NCBI GenBank assembly: GCA_903870315.1
Contig: CAIQCJ010000001.1
Location: 1-42,702, forward strand
Origin: an uncultured bacterium
GTDB lineage: Bacteria; Patescibacteriota; Minisyncoccia; Phycocordibacterales; PALSA-1337
Reading direction: 5' to 3'
DNA: 42,702 bases
The position numbers were made by a program, and so were the translations under genes. The notes under the pieces are model-generated. The model was given only the letters and a program-made list of their open reading frames with translations. It was not told the DNA's origin and ran no database searches. Numbering within the stretch: position 1 is the stretch's first letter; the number at the start of each line of letters is the position of its first letter. This document shows positions 10,061-20,181 of the stretch, piece after piece.

Positions 10061-11668
10061 TTAGTATGTAGTAGGTATAACAACACCATTACAGTATGTG
10101 CTGTAGTTATTTGCTGTCGAGTTGACACCGCTTGCTGTACTTTGGGCATTTTGTAGATCTTGTTTTGATTGGTCTAATCCCCCACCAGATTGTAGTTCTG
10201 TAGCTACGGTTGCAGCTGCTGTGGCGCTCGACACACCAGCAGATGAATTTGAAGTAAGTTGCATATTTACACTTTGCGCTTGAGCGAGTTTAGCGTAACC
10301 ATCTGCGGCTTTCTGGTTCAGATAACTAAGCAAGGATTGTATCTGGTTCTGCAGAGTGCTATCTATGGATGTTAGATCAGATTGGATAGTCGACATTGGT
10401 TGGGCTACATTTTGTCGGTATATTACGCCAGTGTTTGGTGGTATAGCAGCAAGCGCATTGTATTTGGTTGTTAGGCAAGTTTTTGCTGAATTGAGATTTG
10501 TCTGACTACCTTCTATTATAGAAACAGAGCTATCATAGTTCGATTTGTATTCTTGTATGACACCTATCATGTCACCACTTTGGCTGTATATAGAAGATGC
10601 TGAGTTTGTACTACTTGCTAGGGTTGAGTTATATATCTGGCTTGTATAAGAAGGGCTACCACCGCTACCGCTACTCATAGAGCGAAGACCACCACCCAAT
10701 ACTTGCATGACCATCTGTGACACAAGAGCGTCTATAATAGCGTTTATGTTGTTTGCAAGGTTTAGTTTATCTATTGGCATTCCAAGGGTTTTACTCAAAC
10801 TACTAGATATGGCCGATCCAGGAGTCTCAGTAGTACAGTTCTGTGGAGGAGGAGCTGGCGGTCCAACCAGGTTTTTTGGAGCTGGATTGTTGACTGTTTT
10901 TGCACCAGATGCGTCTATATATGTGCCACCTACGGGAACTGGTGTACACTTTTGCCAAGACATAAGTCCACTTCCAAGAGAAAGGTCGAAGTTCACAGAG
11001 CTCTTTTTCATAGCTATGCTTGCTTGTACATCGGACACAGCGGAGTGGTATGAGAAGAATGGGTCGTTTTGAGGGTCTGTCATGACGGAGTTGAATGCTG
11101 GCCAGCCACCTTGACTGAAGTTACCATTCATAAAGCCTTTTATGTTTTGACCATTGACGTTTATGTTGTTTGGTATATTCTTGGCATTGTTTACGACGGT
11201 CCTTATTGTACATATATATTTTCCTTGTGTTGTACCGGCCGCACCCAGAGCCAAGTTAGCGCGTAGGTTGATACTGAAAGGAGAACAAAGTTGTGACAAT
11301 ATACCAGTCTCAGCGATAAATTGACCAGTGACTTGGTCAGCTGCGTCCATAAAGAAGCCACTTGGGTTCGTCAAGAACGAAGGACTACCTTTGAAACCAG
11401 TATTTATCCAGTTTATGACACTAGCTGTTAGTTGGTTCAAGATAGCGTTTGCTATGGCTGTTGCAAGACGATCCAAGACGAAGTTTTTCAGCTTCTCCAA
11501 GAGATGGTTTACAGAGTTCATGATACCGGTTGGACTGGTATCAGCGACTACTGTGACGGGCCATGCAGCTGAAGCTTTTTCTGGAACCAAGACTTGCACA
11601 TAAGCAAATACAATTGTGAAAAGTAGTACAGAGCAGATTATTTTTTTGTATTGTTCTTTTATTGTCAT
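10061..11668 (-). CDS. Secreted protein of the T4SS-like cluster
   Basis: Signal peptide (…KASA), INWINTGFKGSPSF, F..GGW, TPGS.I motifs, several Cys residues and a helical Ser/Gln-rich tail. Confidence 0.65.
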   Translation of the reverse strand: MTIKEQYKKIICSVLLFTIVFAYVQVLVPEKASAAWPVTVVADTSPTGIMNSVNHLLEKLKNFVLDRLATAIANAILNQLTASVINWINTGFKGSPSFLTNPSGFFMDAADQVTGQFIAETGILSQLCSPFSINLRANLALGAAGTTQGKYICTIRTVVNNAKNIPNNINVNGQNIKGFMNGNFSQGGWPAFNSVMTDPQNDPFFSYHSAVSDVQASIAMKKSSVNFDLSLGSGLMSWQKCTPVPVGGTYIDASGAKTVNNPAPKNLVGPPAPPPQNCTTETPGSAISSSLSKTLGMPIDKLNLANNINAIIDALVSQMVMQVLGGGLRSMSSGSGGSPSYTSQIYNSTLASSTNSASSIYSQSGDMIGVIQEYKSNYDSSVSIIEGSQTNLNSAKTCLTTKYNALAAIPPNTGVIYRQNVAQPMSTIQSDLTSIDSTLQNQIQSLLSYLNQKAADGYAKLAQAQSVNMQLTSNSSAGVSSATAAATVATELQSGGGLDQSKQDLQNAQSTASGVNSTANNYSTYCNGVVIPTTY

Positions 11669-11677
11669 ATGCTTATA

Positions 11678-12541
11678 TTATTGACTAGGGATAGGCACTG
11701 ATATGGTTATATTGTTTGTATTGAAATACCCCTGTAAATTCAGAAGGTTTGTGTTTATCCTTTGTAACGCAGGAATTTCTTGGCTTATAGCTGCGAGACC
11801 AGTAACAGGATCGCTGTCTACATGGCGTAATGATTGTGCATTGAATAACTCCATACCCAAACCATTTATAAGTTCGAGGTGGTATTGGCTGGCGGATTTT
11901 GGTACAGGAGTTTCGAGCAGCGAGCTTATTGCTTTTTTATACCCATCTATGATCGGGTCTATCTTCTTCAGAATAGTCATATCTGCTTTATCGAAAGCAT
12001 TTTGAGCTATTACAGCTTCATTTTCTGGTGGTATCGCTAAGGCCAATATTTGACCTAAAGACTGAGCATAAGCACCAGCTGATGTTGGGGAGTCACTTAC
12101 TGTCTTGATGTCTTCTGTGTAATAAACCTTTGGGGTACCGACGTTGGAAAGACTATTTGAGGCTAGCTTGCTTGCTACGGTGTTTATGGTCGATGAATCA
12201 CTATCAACACCCGCCTGATACATCTGTGCGTAAGTTACCAAGAAGTTCCTACCTAGAATGTCAGTATTTGTCAGAACTTCAGGCGACGAGCTTGAGTTCG
12301 AAGAGGAGGCCATATCAGTATTATAGTATTTTGTAGAAGAACCAGCTACCTCATAAAAGGACTTCTGCCAGTCAGTGCTTGTCGATACGTCTTGTTGTGT
12401 TGTAGTTATGTTGGCAGATAAGTCTTTGGTCTCCGATCCATTATTTGGAAATCCATAGACGAATACAAGAGTAACTATCACGACCAAAAAGCATATCACA
12501 GATATCACAACAGTCTGCCTATTCCTGGGTATGATTGGCAT
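11678..12541 (-). CDS. Membrane-anchored hypothetical protein, first gene of the T4SS-like cluster
   Basis: N-terminal TM after MPIIPRNR. Start at 12541 avoids overlap with the UbiA gene and follows a TGGTATAAT extended -10. Confidence 0.7.
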   Translation of the reverse strand: MPIIPRNRQTVVISVICFLVVIVTLVFVYGFPNNGSETKDLSANITTTQQDVSTSTDWQKSFYEVAGSSTKYYNTDMASSSNSSSSPEVLTNTDILGRNFLVTYAQMYQAGVDSDSSTINTVASKLASNSLSNVGTPKVYYTEDIKTVSDSPTSAGAYAQSLGQILALAIPPENEAVIAQNAFDKADMTILKKIDPIIDGYKKAISSLLETPVPKSASQYHLELINGLGMELFNAQSLRHVDSDPVTGLAAISQEIPALQRINTNLLNLQGYFNTNNITISVPIPSQ

Positions 12542-12606
12542 AATACTCAAAGTATTATACCAGATAATATAATATCCAGCCCTAAAGTTATTAACAGAAG
12601 TGCATA

Positions 12607-14232
12607 TCAGGACACCCTCAAGATTAACAAGAGCAATAAGATAGCAGAAAAATATAAAATAAATAGTGGATATTCTTTGTAAGGTCTTTTTGTACAGAAG
12701 AAATATGTAGCTAACCCCCAAGTTATAGATAGTGGATACAAAATAGGTTTCTGTAACAAGATTGCGACTATGACATAAGTCAATCCACTGGCGATACCTA
12801 CTATTCGTGGACCCCATACAGCACCAAACATGACGGGTATGGTCCTAATACCAGTTTTCGAATCACCTTCTAAGTCCTTCAAATCCCTTATATGTGACCA
12901 CAAGAAAGTGATTAGTGTCACAGAAAATACAATCTGTATTGGTAATGTAGAGAAAAGCTTAGAGTTTGAAAATGTGAAGAAACCAGCTATGAACATGGCT
13001 ACACAGTTGAGACTTATTATAAGAGATGACAACACAGGGACTTTTTTCAAGCGTGTTGGTGGCATAGAGTATGTGTAATAAAAGGCCAGAAAAGCAATTA
13101 TGCAAAAGAAAGCATAATATCCAGATGTATAGGCACTCAGAAGAGATATTATCAAGAACATAATACCGGCTTCCCGGAGGGTTTTTTTATTTACAGAACC
13201 ACTTGTTAGCGGTCTATCTGGGCAATTTATCAGATCGGTGTCTATGTCGGCGATGTCGTTTGTGCACACAGAGAACATCCATGCTGAGTATATGGACAAC
13301 AACAGACACATAAACACAACAAGGTCATTCCAAGAAAATATAGACCAAGGAGATAGTTGCCAGGCCAGATACATACCAGCCCCAGCCATAAGCCAGTAGT
13401 GTAGTACCCGTTCAGGTCTAGAGTTTTTGATAATTGATAATAATATATCTTTTTCGTTCAACAAGAACCATAAAGAGCCAAGTATGAATATAAGAATTAT
13501 GTATATGCGCGCCATCATAAAATCAAAACCGGTGTCTATCATAGCTGTTTCTGACTCATATTGTAGATTTCCACTTATATTGTTTGTCAGTGTAGATGAA
13601 TGTGTGACAGATTCTATTATCGGAGTGGCAGGACTACCTACGCTTGTATTTAATATGAACAAAAAGCTCGGCGCCGAAAACATAACAAAAATAAGAGTAT
13701 ATAATCCAAATGTCATTATCAATGATTTCCATAGATACTTCTTTGTGGCATAGAGTATGATCACTGATATCAACAAGACTATGGCTATTTCTATACGTAT
13801 ACCGATGGTCGCTCCAGGTCCTTGGTTACCGAAGAATGTAAGAAATGAATGTGTGAGTTGTGTACTATTTTGGAATAGATATGTCATTCTGAATCCTTTA
13901 CCAACACTTAATACAAGGTCTAATATAGGAGCAATCCATGTGGCCAAGAAAGCAAACAATATACCTACAGGCAAAGATTTTCTCCATTCCGGAAGTATGG
14001 TCCAGAAATATATCATTAGTATGATAGACAAAGACAGGAACCAGAGAGAAAGGTGTATCAAAGATATATTCTCTGTCGCCATGATTCCATTTGGGGTCGG
14101 ATTTGATATTGATTCGAGGAATATTCTACCCAAGATAAGGGTGCTAAAAGATATTATCCATTGAATAGGACTTATTTCTATCTTCTCTAAAAATATTTTT
14201 ATTCTACCCAGAATGTCCTGTATTTTTTTCAT
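12607..14232 (-). CDS. UbiA-family prenyltransferase with a long extra N-terminal membrane domain
   Basis: NDIADIDTDLINCPDRPLTSG (NDxxDxxxD), YTYSMPPTRLK and RDLKDLEGDSKTGIRTIPV (DxxDxxGD) motifs. Confidence 0.85.
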   Translation of the reverse strand: MKKIQDILGRIKIFLEKIEISPIQWIISFSTLILGRIFLESISNPTPNGIMATENISLIHLSLWFLSLSIILMIYFWTILPEWRKSLPVGILFAFLATWIAPILDLVLSVGKGFRMTYLFQNSTQLTHSFLTFFGNQGPGATIGIRIEIAIVLLISVIILYATKKYLWKSLIMTFGLYTLIFVMFSAPSFLFILNTSVGSPATPIIESVTHSSTLTNNISGNLQYESETAMIDTGFDFMMARIYIILIFILGSLWFLLNEKDILLSIIKNSRPERVLHYWLMAGAGMYLAWQLSPWSIFSWNDLVVFMCLLLSIYSAWMFSVCTNDIADIDTDLINCPDRPLTSGSVNKKTLREAGIMFLIISLLSAYTSGYYAFFCIIAFLAFYYTYSMPPTRLKKVPVLSSLIISLNCVAMFIAGFFTFSNSKLFSTLPIQIVFSVTLITFLWSHIRDLKDLEGDSKTGIRTIPVMFGAVWGPRIVGIASGLTYVIVAILLQKPILYPLSITWGLATYFFCTKRPYKEYPLFILYFSAILLLLLILRVS

Positions 14233-14246
14233 AGTAAGATATAAAT

Positions 14247-15098
14247 CTATTTAATCCCTTTTGTAATATTTATCCAGTCTTCCATAACCATATCTTCTGA
14301 ACGAATTTTTCCATCCAAAGATAGATTTTTCCATATAGTATCAAGTTTCAGATGATCACACACTCTCTCCAGGTTTCTTCTAGCGTATTTTCTCTTATGC
14401 GCGAAACCAGCGTGGACAATATCAAAAAAACGTTTTATCTCATCTTCTGCTGGTTGTTTACTAGACATACCAGAGAATCTGTTTACAGATATGTCTTCTA
14501 TTGCCAATACAGCAGAGTCTACATTTGGTGCTGGTACGAAAGCTCCTCTTGGTACTATGGTTACAACATAAGGTGTTCCGAAAGCCTTTATGGATATAGA
14601 CAGGATGCTCTCTTTCTTGTCTCTTGCCACTATACGTTCAGCAACCTCCTTCTGTACTAGAAGGATCATTCTGTTTGGACGTGGAGAGTATTCTAGGAAC
14701 TTTTCTAATATAGCTCCAGTTATATAGTAAGGTATATTGGCGACTATCACATAATTACCGTCAACTATCTTATGTCCGACATCATTAGCGGTTACCATCT
14801 CCCCCTCTAAGACATCACCCACCTTCAAGATAAGACGCTTTTCAGATATTTCAGATGAAAATCTTCCCGTAAGAACATCACAAGCACGTGCATCTTTCTC
14901 TATAGCTATCACTTTTACTCCGGTTTTCAATAGAGCTTCAGTTAATATGCCAGTCCCAGGGCCAATCTCAAGGACGACTTCGTCTGCTGAGAGTTTGGCA
15001 GCAGCTATTATTTTTTTTAAAGCTGATGGCGAATTTAGAAAATGTTGACCAAGGGATTTTTTTGCTCGCAGACCAGGGTTTGGTTTATGTTCAGTCAT
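14247..15098 (-). CDS. rsmA: 16S rRNA m6,2A dimethyltransferase RsmA/KsgA
   Basis: AKKSLGQHFL, VLEIGPGTG, ANIPYYIT, QKEVAERI, PAPNVDSAV. Start moved to 15098. Confidence 0.97.
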   Translation of the reverse strand: MTEHKPNPGLRAKKSLGQHFLNSPSALKKIIAAAKLSADEVVLEIGPGTGILTEALLKTGVKVIAIEKDARACDVLTGRFSSEISEKRLILKVGDVLEGEMVTANDVGHKIVDGNYVIVANIPYYITGAILEKFLEYSPRPNRMILLVQKEVAERIVARDKKESILSISIKAFGTPYVVTIVPRGAFVPAPNVDSAVLAIEDISVNRFSGMSSKQPAEDEIKRFFDIVHAGFAHKRKYARRNLERVCDHLKLDTIWKNLSLDGKIRSEDMVMEDWINITKGIK

Positions 15099-15157
15099 AG
15101 CAACATCATACACAAACTGAAGTGAAATTACTAAATACACACGAGAGTTTTTTGTGT

Positions 15158-17191
15158 CTAAAAATCTATAAATATTGCTTTTGCACCACTTGGTTTTTCT
15201 GGAATAGCTTCCTCTATCAACCCTTTTTCTATATCGGCGATGAATTCCGATGGTGTACTTACTCTCTGTGCTCCATAGACAGTGCGGATGATTGCATTAC
15301 TCAAGAAAAGTTTCTTTTTCGCTCTAGTCAACGCTACGTAGAACAATCTACGTTCCTCTTCCTCACCGGCTTTGTCTATCTCAGCGTCATTCATATGTTT
15401 AAATGGGAACAAGTCTTGTTCTAAGCCGGCGATGAACACATATTCAAACTCCAATCCTTTTGCAGCGTGTACGGTCATAAGTTTTACGGCGTCAGTCTCT
15501 TTTTTCAGCTCATCTTGGTCGGTTGCAAGCGCAGCATTTTCTAAAAAGGCTTCGATAGCTCGATTTGGCTCTTGTGGGTTGTTATTTTCACCTTGCATCT
15601 TTTCCTTTACGCTTTCTGTTTGATTATATTGCGCGGCTACGGTTACAAGCTCGCGGACGTTGAGTAAACGTTCTTCATCATCCCCCACCCCTTCGCGGTA
15701 TAGACGCTCTATACCGGTTTCTTGAATAACGAATTTTACGGCTTCACTTGGCTTTTTTTCGGCTATTTCTGTGCGTATATCATCAAGGAGTTTCCAAAAT
15801 CCAGTAAGTTTGGTACGTACAGCTGGTGGCAATGCAGAACCCATATTTCCGTTACCGGGAGTATTGTTTCCAGCGCCGGCTTCACTCAGGATCTTCGCCA
15901 AAGTTACCTTCCCTATTCCGCGTGGCGGAACGTTTATAATACGAGCAATATCACCCCAGCTGTCTCTGTTTAAAGCTGCACGAATATAAGAGATGACATC
16001 CTTCACCTCTTTTCTCTCGAAGAATTTCACACCAAGAAGCTGATATGGTATCTGTTTATTGATAAACGACTCCTCCAATACGCGCGATTGGAAATTTGCA
16101 CGATACAGAACAGCAATTTCGCTTGGTGAAGTTCCGTTGGCGATAAGTTCACGCGCTTTGTCGGCGATAGATCGCGCCTCCTCAGTTTCGCTGTATGAGA
16201 TGATAAGGGCGATTTTCTCTCCGTGATCATTGTCTGTGTAGAGGTTTTTTTCACGACGCATGCTGTTTTTCTCTATAACAGAATTTGCAGCTGAAAGTAT
16301 GGTCTTAGTTGACCTATAGTTTTTTTCGAGTGTTACAACAGTCGCTTCAGGATAGTCTTTCTCGAAATTTAGGATATTTTCTATGGTTGCACCTCTCCAG
16401 GAATAGATATTTTGGTCGACATCACCGACGACGCATATATTTCGACCCATTTCAGCAAGAGCACGTGCGATCTTATATTGGACGCGGTTGGTATCTTGAT
16501 ATTCGTCAATATGAATGTATTTCCAAACATGATTATAATGATTTCTTACATCAGGATTTCCAAGAAGTTGGGCTGTTTTTAGAAGGAGATCATCGAAGTC
16601 TAAAGATTTTTCGCGAGACAGAATATTTTCATATTTTTCCCAGATATTTGCTACCATTTCCTCGATAAAACCTTTTGCATTGTCAAGATATTCTAAGCGA
16701 TTCATACCATCACCTTTGGCGCGAGAAATCATATTCAAAATAGTTCCAGGATCGTGAGTCTTGGGATCTACTGAACATTGTTCCATCGATTCTTTTATAG
16801 CTCGTCGTGAATCACCACGATCATATATAGTGAAATGTCTTGTCAGCCCAAGAAGCCGAGCATTTTCGCGGATGATATGTACACCAAGAGCATGAAAAGT
16901 GCTTATGAAAGGCCTTTCTTGCATGGAAATAGGCCTATTTATAGACTTGTCTTCATATAGAAGTGTGCTTACACGACCTTTCATTTCGTTTGCGGCTTTG
17001 TTGGTGAAGGTTATAGCTAAAATCTCCTGTGGTGCCACACCTTTCTTGATAAGGTTCAAAATACGGTGCGTGATTACCTTTGTCTTTCCAGATCCAGCCC
17101 CGGCGATGATGAGAAGTGGCCCGTCAGTAGTCTCTACAGCTTTTTGTTGTTCGGGGTTTAGTTTCCCTGAGTTTTTTGAGTAATTTTCCAT
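15158..17191 (-). CDS. pcrA: UvrD/PcrA-family DNA helicase
   Basis: AGAGSGKT, DEYQDTN, VGDVDQNIYSWRGA, NYRS, MTVHAAKGLEF, EERRLFYVALTRA. Confidence 0.95.
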   Translation of the reverse strand: MENYSKNSGKLNPEQQKAVETTDGPLLIIAGAGSGKTKVITHRILNLIKKGVAPQEILAITFTNKAANEMKGRVSTLLYEDKSINRPISMQERPFISTFHALGVHIIRENARLLGLTRHFTIYDRGDSRRAIKESMEQCSVDPKTHDPGTILNMISRAKGDGMNRLEYLDNAKGFIEEMVANIWEKYENILSREKSLDFDDLLLKTAQLLGNPDVRNHYNHVWKYIHIDEYQDTNRVQYKIARALAEMGRNICVVGDVDQNIYSWRGATIENILNFEKDYPEATVVTLEKNYRSTKTILSAANSVIEKNSMRREKNLYTDNDHGEKIALIISYSETEEARSIADKARELIANGTSPSEIAVLYRANFQSRVLEESFINKQIPYQLLGVKFFERKEVKDVISYIRAALNRDSWGDIARIINVPPRGIGKVTLAKILSEAGAGNNTPGNGNMGSALPPAVRTKLTGFWKLLDDIRTEIAEKKPSEAVKFVIQETGIERLYREGVGDDEERLLNVRELVTVAAQYNQTESVKEKMQGENNNPQEPNRAIEAFLENAALATDQDELKKETDAVKLMTVHAAKGLEFEYVFIAGLEQDLFPFKHMNDAEIDKAGEEEERRLFYVALTRAKKKLFLSNAIIRTVYGAQRVSTPSEFIADIEKGLIEEAIPEKPSGAKAIFIDF

Positions 17192-17239
17192 AGATATGGG
17201 AGTATATTAGCACGGCATCCATGTGTATGTTGTTTTTGT

Positions 17240-17276
17240 AACAATAAACATTGACTATATGTCAATGTTTATTGTT
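17240..17276. repeat. Perfect 16-bp inverted repeat between the divergent pcrA and LysM/M23 genes
   Basis: AACAATAAACATTGAC-tatat-GTCAATGTTTATTGTT. Confidence 0.9.
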
Positions 17277-17453
17277 GTTAACATGTTGTACACATTGCTC
17301 ATTGACAATCAGTTCACCTCTGCTAATCTGTTAAGGTTACCTTTAGTCTTATACCATATATTTGGCTCAGTTAGGGCTTTTTATACTAGAAGTAACATTC
17401 ACAGTACTGACGTAATGAAATCATAGCTATCTTGCAGAAAGAAAAAATATGTT

Positions 17454-18536
17454 ATGAAATATACAGATAAAAATCTTAAACTGAATAAGCGTATAACAAC
17501 AGGTCCAAATAAGCGTCTTGTGTTTTGGTTTGTTGCTATCACTATAGTCATAGTTTTACCTGGATTTCTATTTGAAAAGACTGCCAACGCCAGTCTTTTT
17601 TCTTTTTTCGCTTCTTTTTGGGATCAACCAGTTTCAGCTAGTGTTGGTGTATCTACATCGACAGCCAATTCTCAAACCATTGCTCTTCCACAATATGCTA
17701 CTAATATAAACCCTATAAATAACTCTGGAGAGGTAGCCCCGATCGGATCTGGGGATACCTTGGTCGCCGATATAGCCATGGCCAATGATACAAGTGCAGA
17801 CGCCCCCGTAAATACACAGATCAGCGTCTATACAGTTCAGAGTGGAGACAACATATCAAGCGTTGCAAAGATGTTTGGCGTGTCAGTGAATACTGTTCTT
17901 TGGTCAAATAATCTAAATAGTAGGTCTAGTCTACACGTGGGTGATACTTTGGTGATATTGCCAATATCTGGCATCACCTACACAGTCAAAAGAGGAGACT
18001 CTGTTCAGAGTATAGTTAGTAAATACAAAGCCGATCTTGGTGACGTGCTTGCTTATAACGACATATCAGCATCCTCTACTCTAAATATTGGTGATACTAT
18101 TATCATCCCCAACGTAGAAGTAAAAGTTTCTATTCCGACTCGTATAGTTTTCAAAAATAATCCAGCACACGACACGGATGGTCCGTATTATCCAGGTTAC
18201 TATATACGTCCTATCGATGGTGGTCGTAAGACACAAGGCCTTCATGGTTACAACGCTGTTGACCTTGCTGATCGAGTTGGCACTCCTATACATGCCTCTG
18301 CAGCAGGTACGGTCATAGTCGCCAGAACCGGTGGTTGGAATGGTGGTTATGGTAATTTTGTCATTATTTCACATGACAATGGAACACAGACACTTTATGC
18401 CCACGCTTCGAAAGTTCTTGTTAAGCCAGGTCAATATGTAGACCAAGGTCAGACGATAGCTCTTCTAGGTTCTACTGGAGAATCAACAGGACCACATGTG
18501 CACTTCGAGATTCGTGGAGCGAAGAATCCTTTCTAG
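17454..18536 (+). CDS. LysM-domain M23 family peptidase
   Basis: Two LysM repeats (YTVQSGDNISSVAKMFGVS; YTVKRGDSVQSI) and M23 motifs HGYNAVD, YAH, STGPHVHFE. Confidence 0.93.
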   Translation: MKYTDKNLKLNKRITTGPNKRLVFWFVAITIVIVLPGFLFEKTANASLFSFFASFWDQPVSASVGVSTSTANSQTIALPQYATNINPINNSGEVAPIGSGDTLVADIAMANDTSADAPVNTQISVYTVQSGDNISSVAKMFGVSVNTVLWSNNLNSRSSLHVGDTLVILPISGITYTVKRGDSVQSIVSKYKADLGDVLAYNDISASSTLNIGDTIIIPNVEVKVSIPTRIVFKNNPAHDTDGPYYPGYYIRPIDGGRKTQGLHGYNAVDLADRVGTPIHASAAGTVIVARTGGWNGGYGNFVIISHDNGTQTLYAHASKVLVKPGQYVDQGQTIALLGSTGESTGPHVHFEIRGAKNPF

Positions 18537-18585
18537 TTTGTCACGGATTAGTGATTTATAGCTAGTTGTCTAAAAGACTAAAATC

Positions 18586-20178
18586 TTATCGTTTTCTAAA
18601 TTGTAAAGCCTCATATATTTGTTTCTTGGTTATAGTCTCTACCCCATCCAGATCTGCTATAGTCCTAGCAACCTTTATGATCCTATGGAAAGCTCTTCCT
18701 GATAGCTCAAGTTTTCTGACTGATGTCTCCAGGGCCAGTCGAGCGGCCTCATCTATGCATATGACCTTTTCTATATCACTGGCGTTCATTTCGCTATTGA
18801 AATATATTGATCTCCCTATAGAACGAAAACGTTTCAATTGTACTTCTCGAGCTATTTGTACCCGTCTGGCCATCTCCCCAGATTGCCATCGGTTGTCGCG
18901 ACCTCCTCTTCCCGGTGCCAGTTTTTCATATTCTACAGCATCTATATGTACCCAGATGTCTATGCGGTCTCTTATGGGTCCAGATAATTTGCGCCAGTAA
19001 TTGTTTATCATAGTCTCAGAACAGAGACACCCTTTCTTTCTCGGTTTGCCACAAGGACAGGAATTCATAGACGCCAAAAGGATTGTTTGTGCTGGGAAAG
19101 TTATGCTACCCTTTGCGCGCGATATAGTTATCACCCTTTCTTCCAATGGTTGACGTAATGCTTCTATGGTCTGGCGTTCGAATTCTGGGAACTCATCTAG
19201 AAACAAAACCCCGCGATGTGCCAAGGTTATCTCTCCTGGTCTCGGTATGGCACCGCCACCAACTATAGATATATGTGATGCTGTATGATGTGGTGCCCTA
19301 AACGGTGGTCGTGTTATTAGCTTGGAAGATAAAACACGAGCTGCAGAATGTATGGAAGTGACTTCTATGGCTTGCTCATATTCTAGTGCCGGCAGTATAG
19401 AGGGAAAGCTTTGTGCCAGCATAGTCTTTCCAGTTCCAGGTAGACCGTAAAGTAGTGTGTTGTGTGCTCCTGCTGCAGCGATCTCTAGTCCCCTCTTTGC
19501 TATCTCATTGCCACGAACAAGACCCATATCTATACCAGAGAGAGCGTCTCCTTTATATACTTCTTGTTGAGAGTCACAATCTAGACATATACGGAGTTTT
19601 TCAAGGGTTTTTGTGCCAGTGATATGGTCGACGACTTCTCTTAGTGTAGATACTGTATATATATCTATACCTTTGGCCAGCGAGGCCTCGTCAACATTTT
19701 CCTTGGGTATGAAGGCAGACTTGAAGCCACTCCTTTCAGCACAAAATAGCATAGGTAATAGACCACTTATTTTTCGGATATTTCCTTCGAGCGATAATTC
19801 TCCAAAAAATATGTTGTCTTTAGGATTGTATCCATCTGTTTCCTCATTCATTTTCGGATTTGGTGGTATATCAGCGTAAGATATCTCGCCTGAAGCCAAG
19901 AGGTATCCTATAGCTATAGACAGATCAAAAGCAGGACCCTCTTTTCTCATATCAGCCGGCGCAAGTGAGACGACAACCTTCTGATTTTTCTGTTTAGGAG
20001 ATATATAACCGGTATTTTTTATCGCGGCCGAGACACGGTCTTTGGATTCCTCAACAGATTTATCTCCAAGACCGATAACAGAAAAACTATGTAGGCCGTT
20101 TGATATGTCTACTTCTATATTTATGATCTCCGCCTCAAGGCCTACGAGTTGTGCGCTATATGATCTTGCTGGACTCAT
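18586..20178 (-). CDS. comM: ComM/YifB Mg-chelatase-like AAA+ ATPase
   Basis: VEESKDRV, RKEGPAFDL, GLPGTGKT, PFRAPHHTAS, PGEITLAHRGVLFLDEFPEF, LSGPIRDRID. Confidence 0.95.
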   Translation of the reverse strand: MSPARSYSAQLVGLEAEIINIEVDISNGLHSFSVIGLGDKSVEESKDRVSAAIKNTGYISPKQKNQKVVVSLAPADMRKEGPAFDLSIAIGYLLASGEISYADIPPNPKMNEETDGYNPKDNIFFGELSLEGNIRKISGLLPMLFCAERSGFKSAFIPKENVDEASLAKGIDIYTVSTLREVVDHITGTKTLEKLRICLDCDSQQEVYKGDALSGIDMGLVRGNEIAKRGLEIAAAGAHNTLLYGLPGTGKTMLAQSFPSILPALEYEQAIEVTSIHSAARVLSSKLITRPPFRAPHHTASHISIVGGGAIPRPGEITLAHRGVLFLDEFPEFERQTIEALRQPLEERVITISRAKGSITFPAQTILLASMNSCPCGKPRKKGCLCSETMINNYWRKLSGPIRDRIDIWVHIDAVEYEKLAPGRGGRDNRWQSGEMARRVQIAREVQLKRFRSIGRSIYFNSEMNASDIEKVICIDEAARLALETSVRKLELSGRAFHRIIKVARTIADLDGVETITKKQIYEALQFRKR

Positions 20179-20181
20179 ATA

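Noticed and set aside
12542-12817. 92-aa N-terminal extension of the 11678 ORF overlapping the UbiA gene
   Set aside because: An extended -10 and an ATG at 12541 give a clean non-overlapping start.
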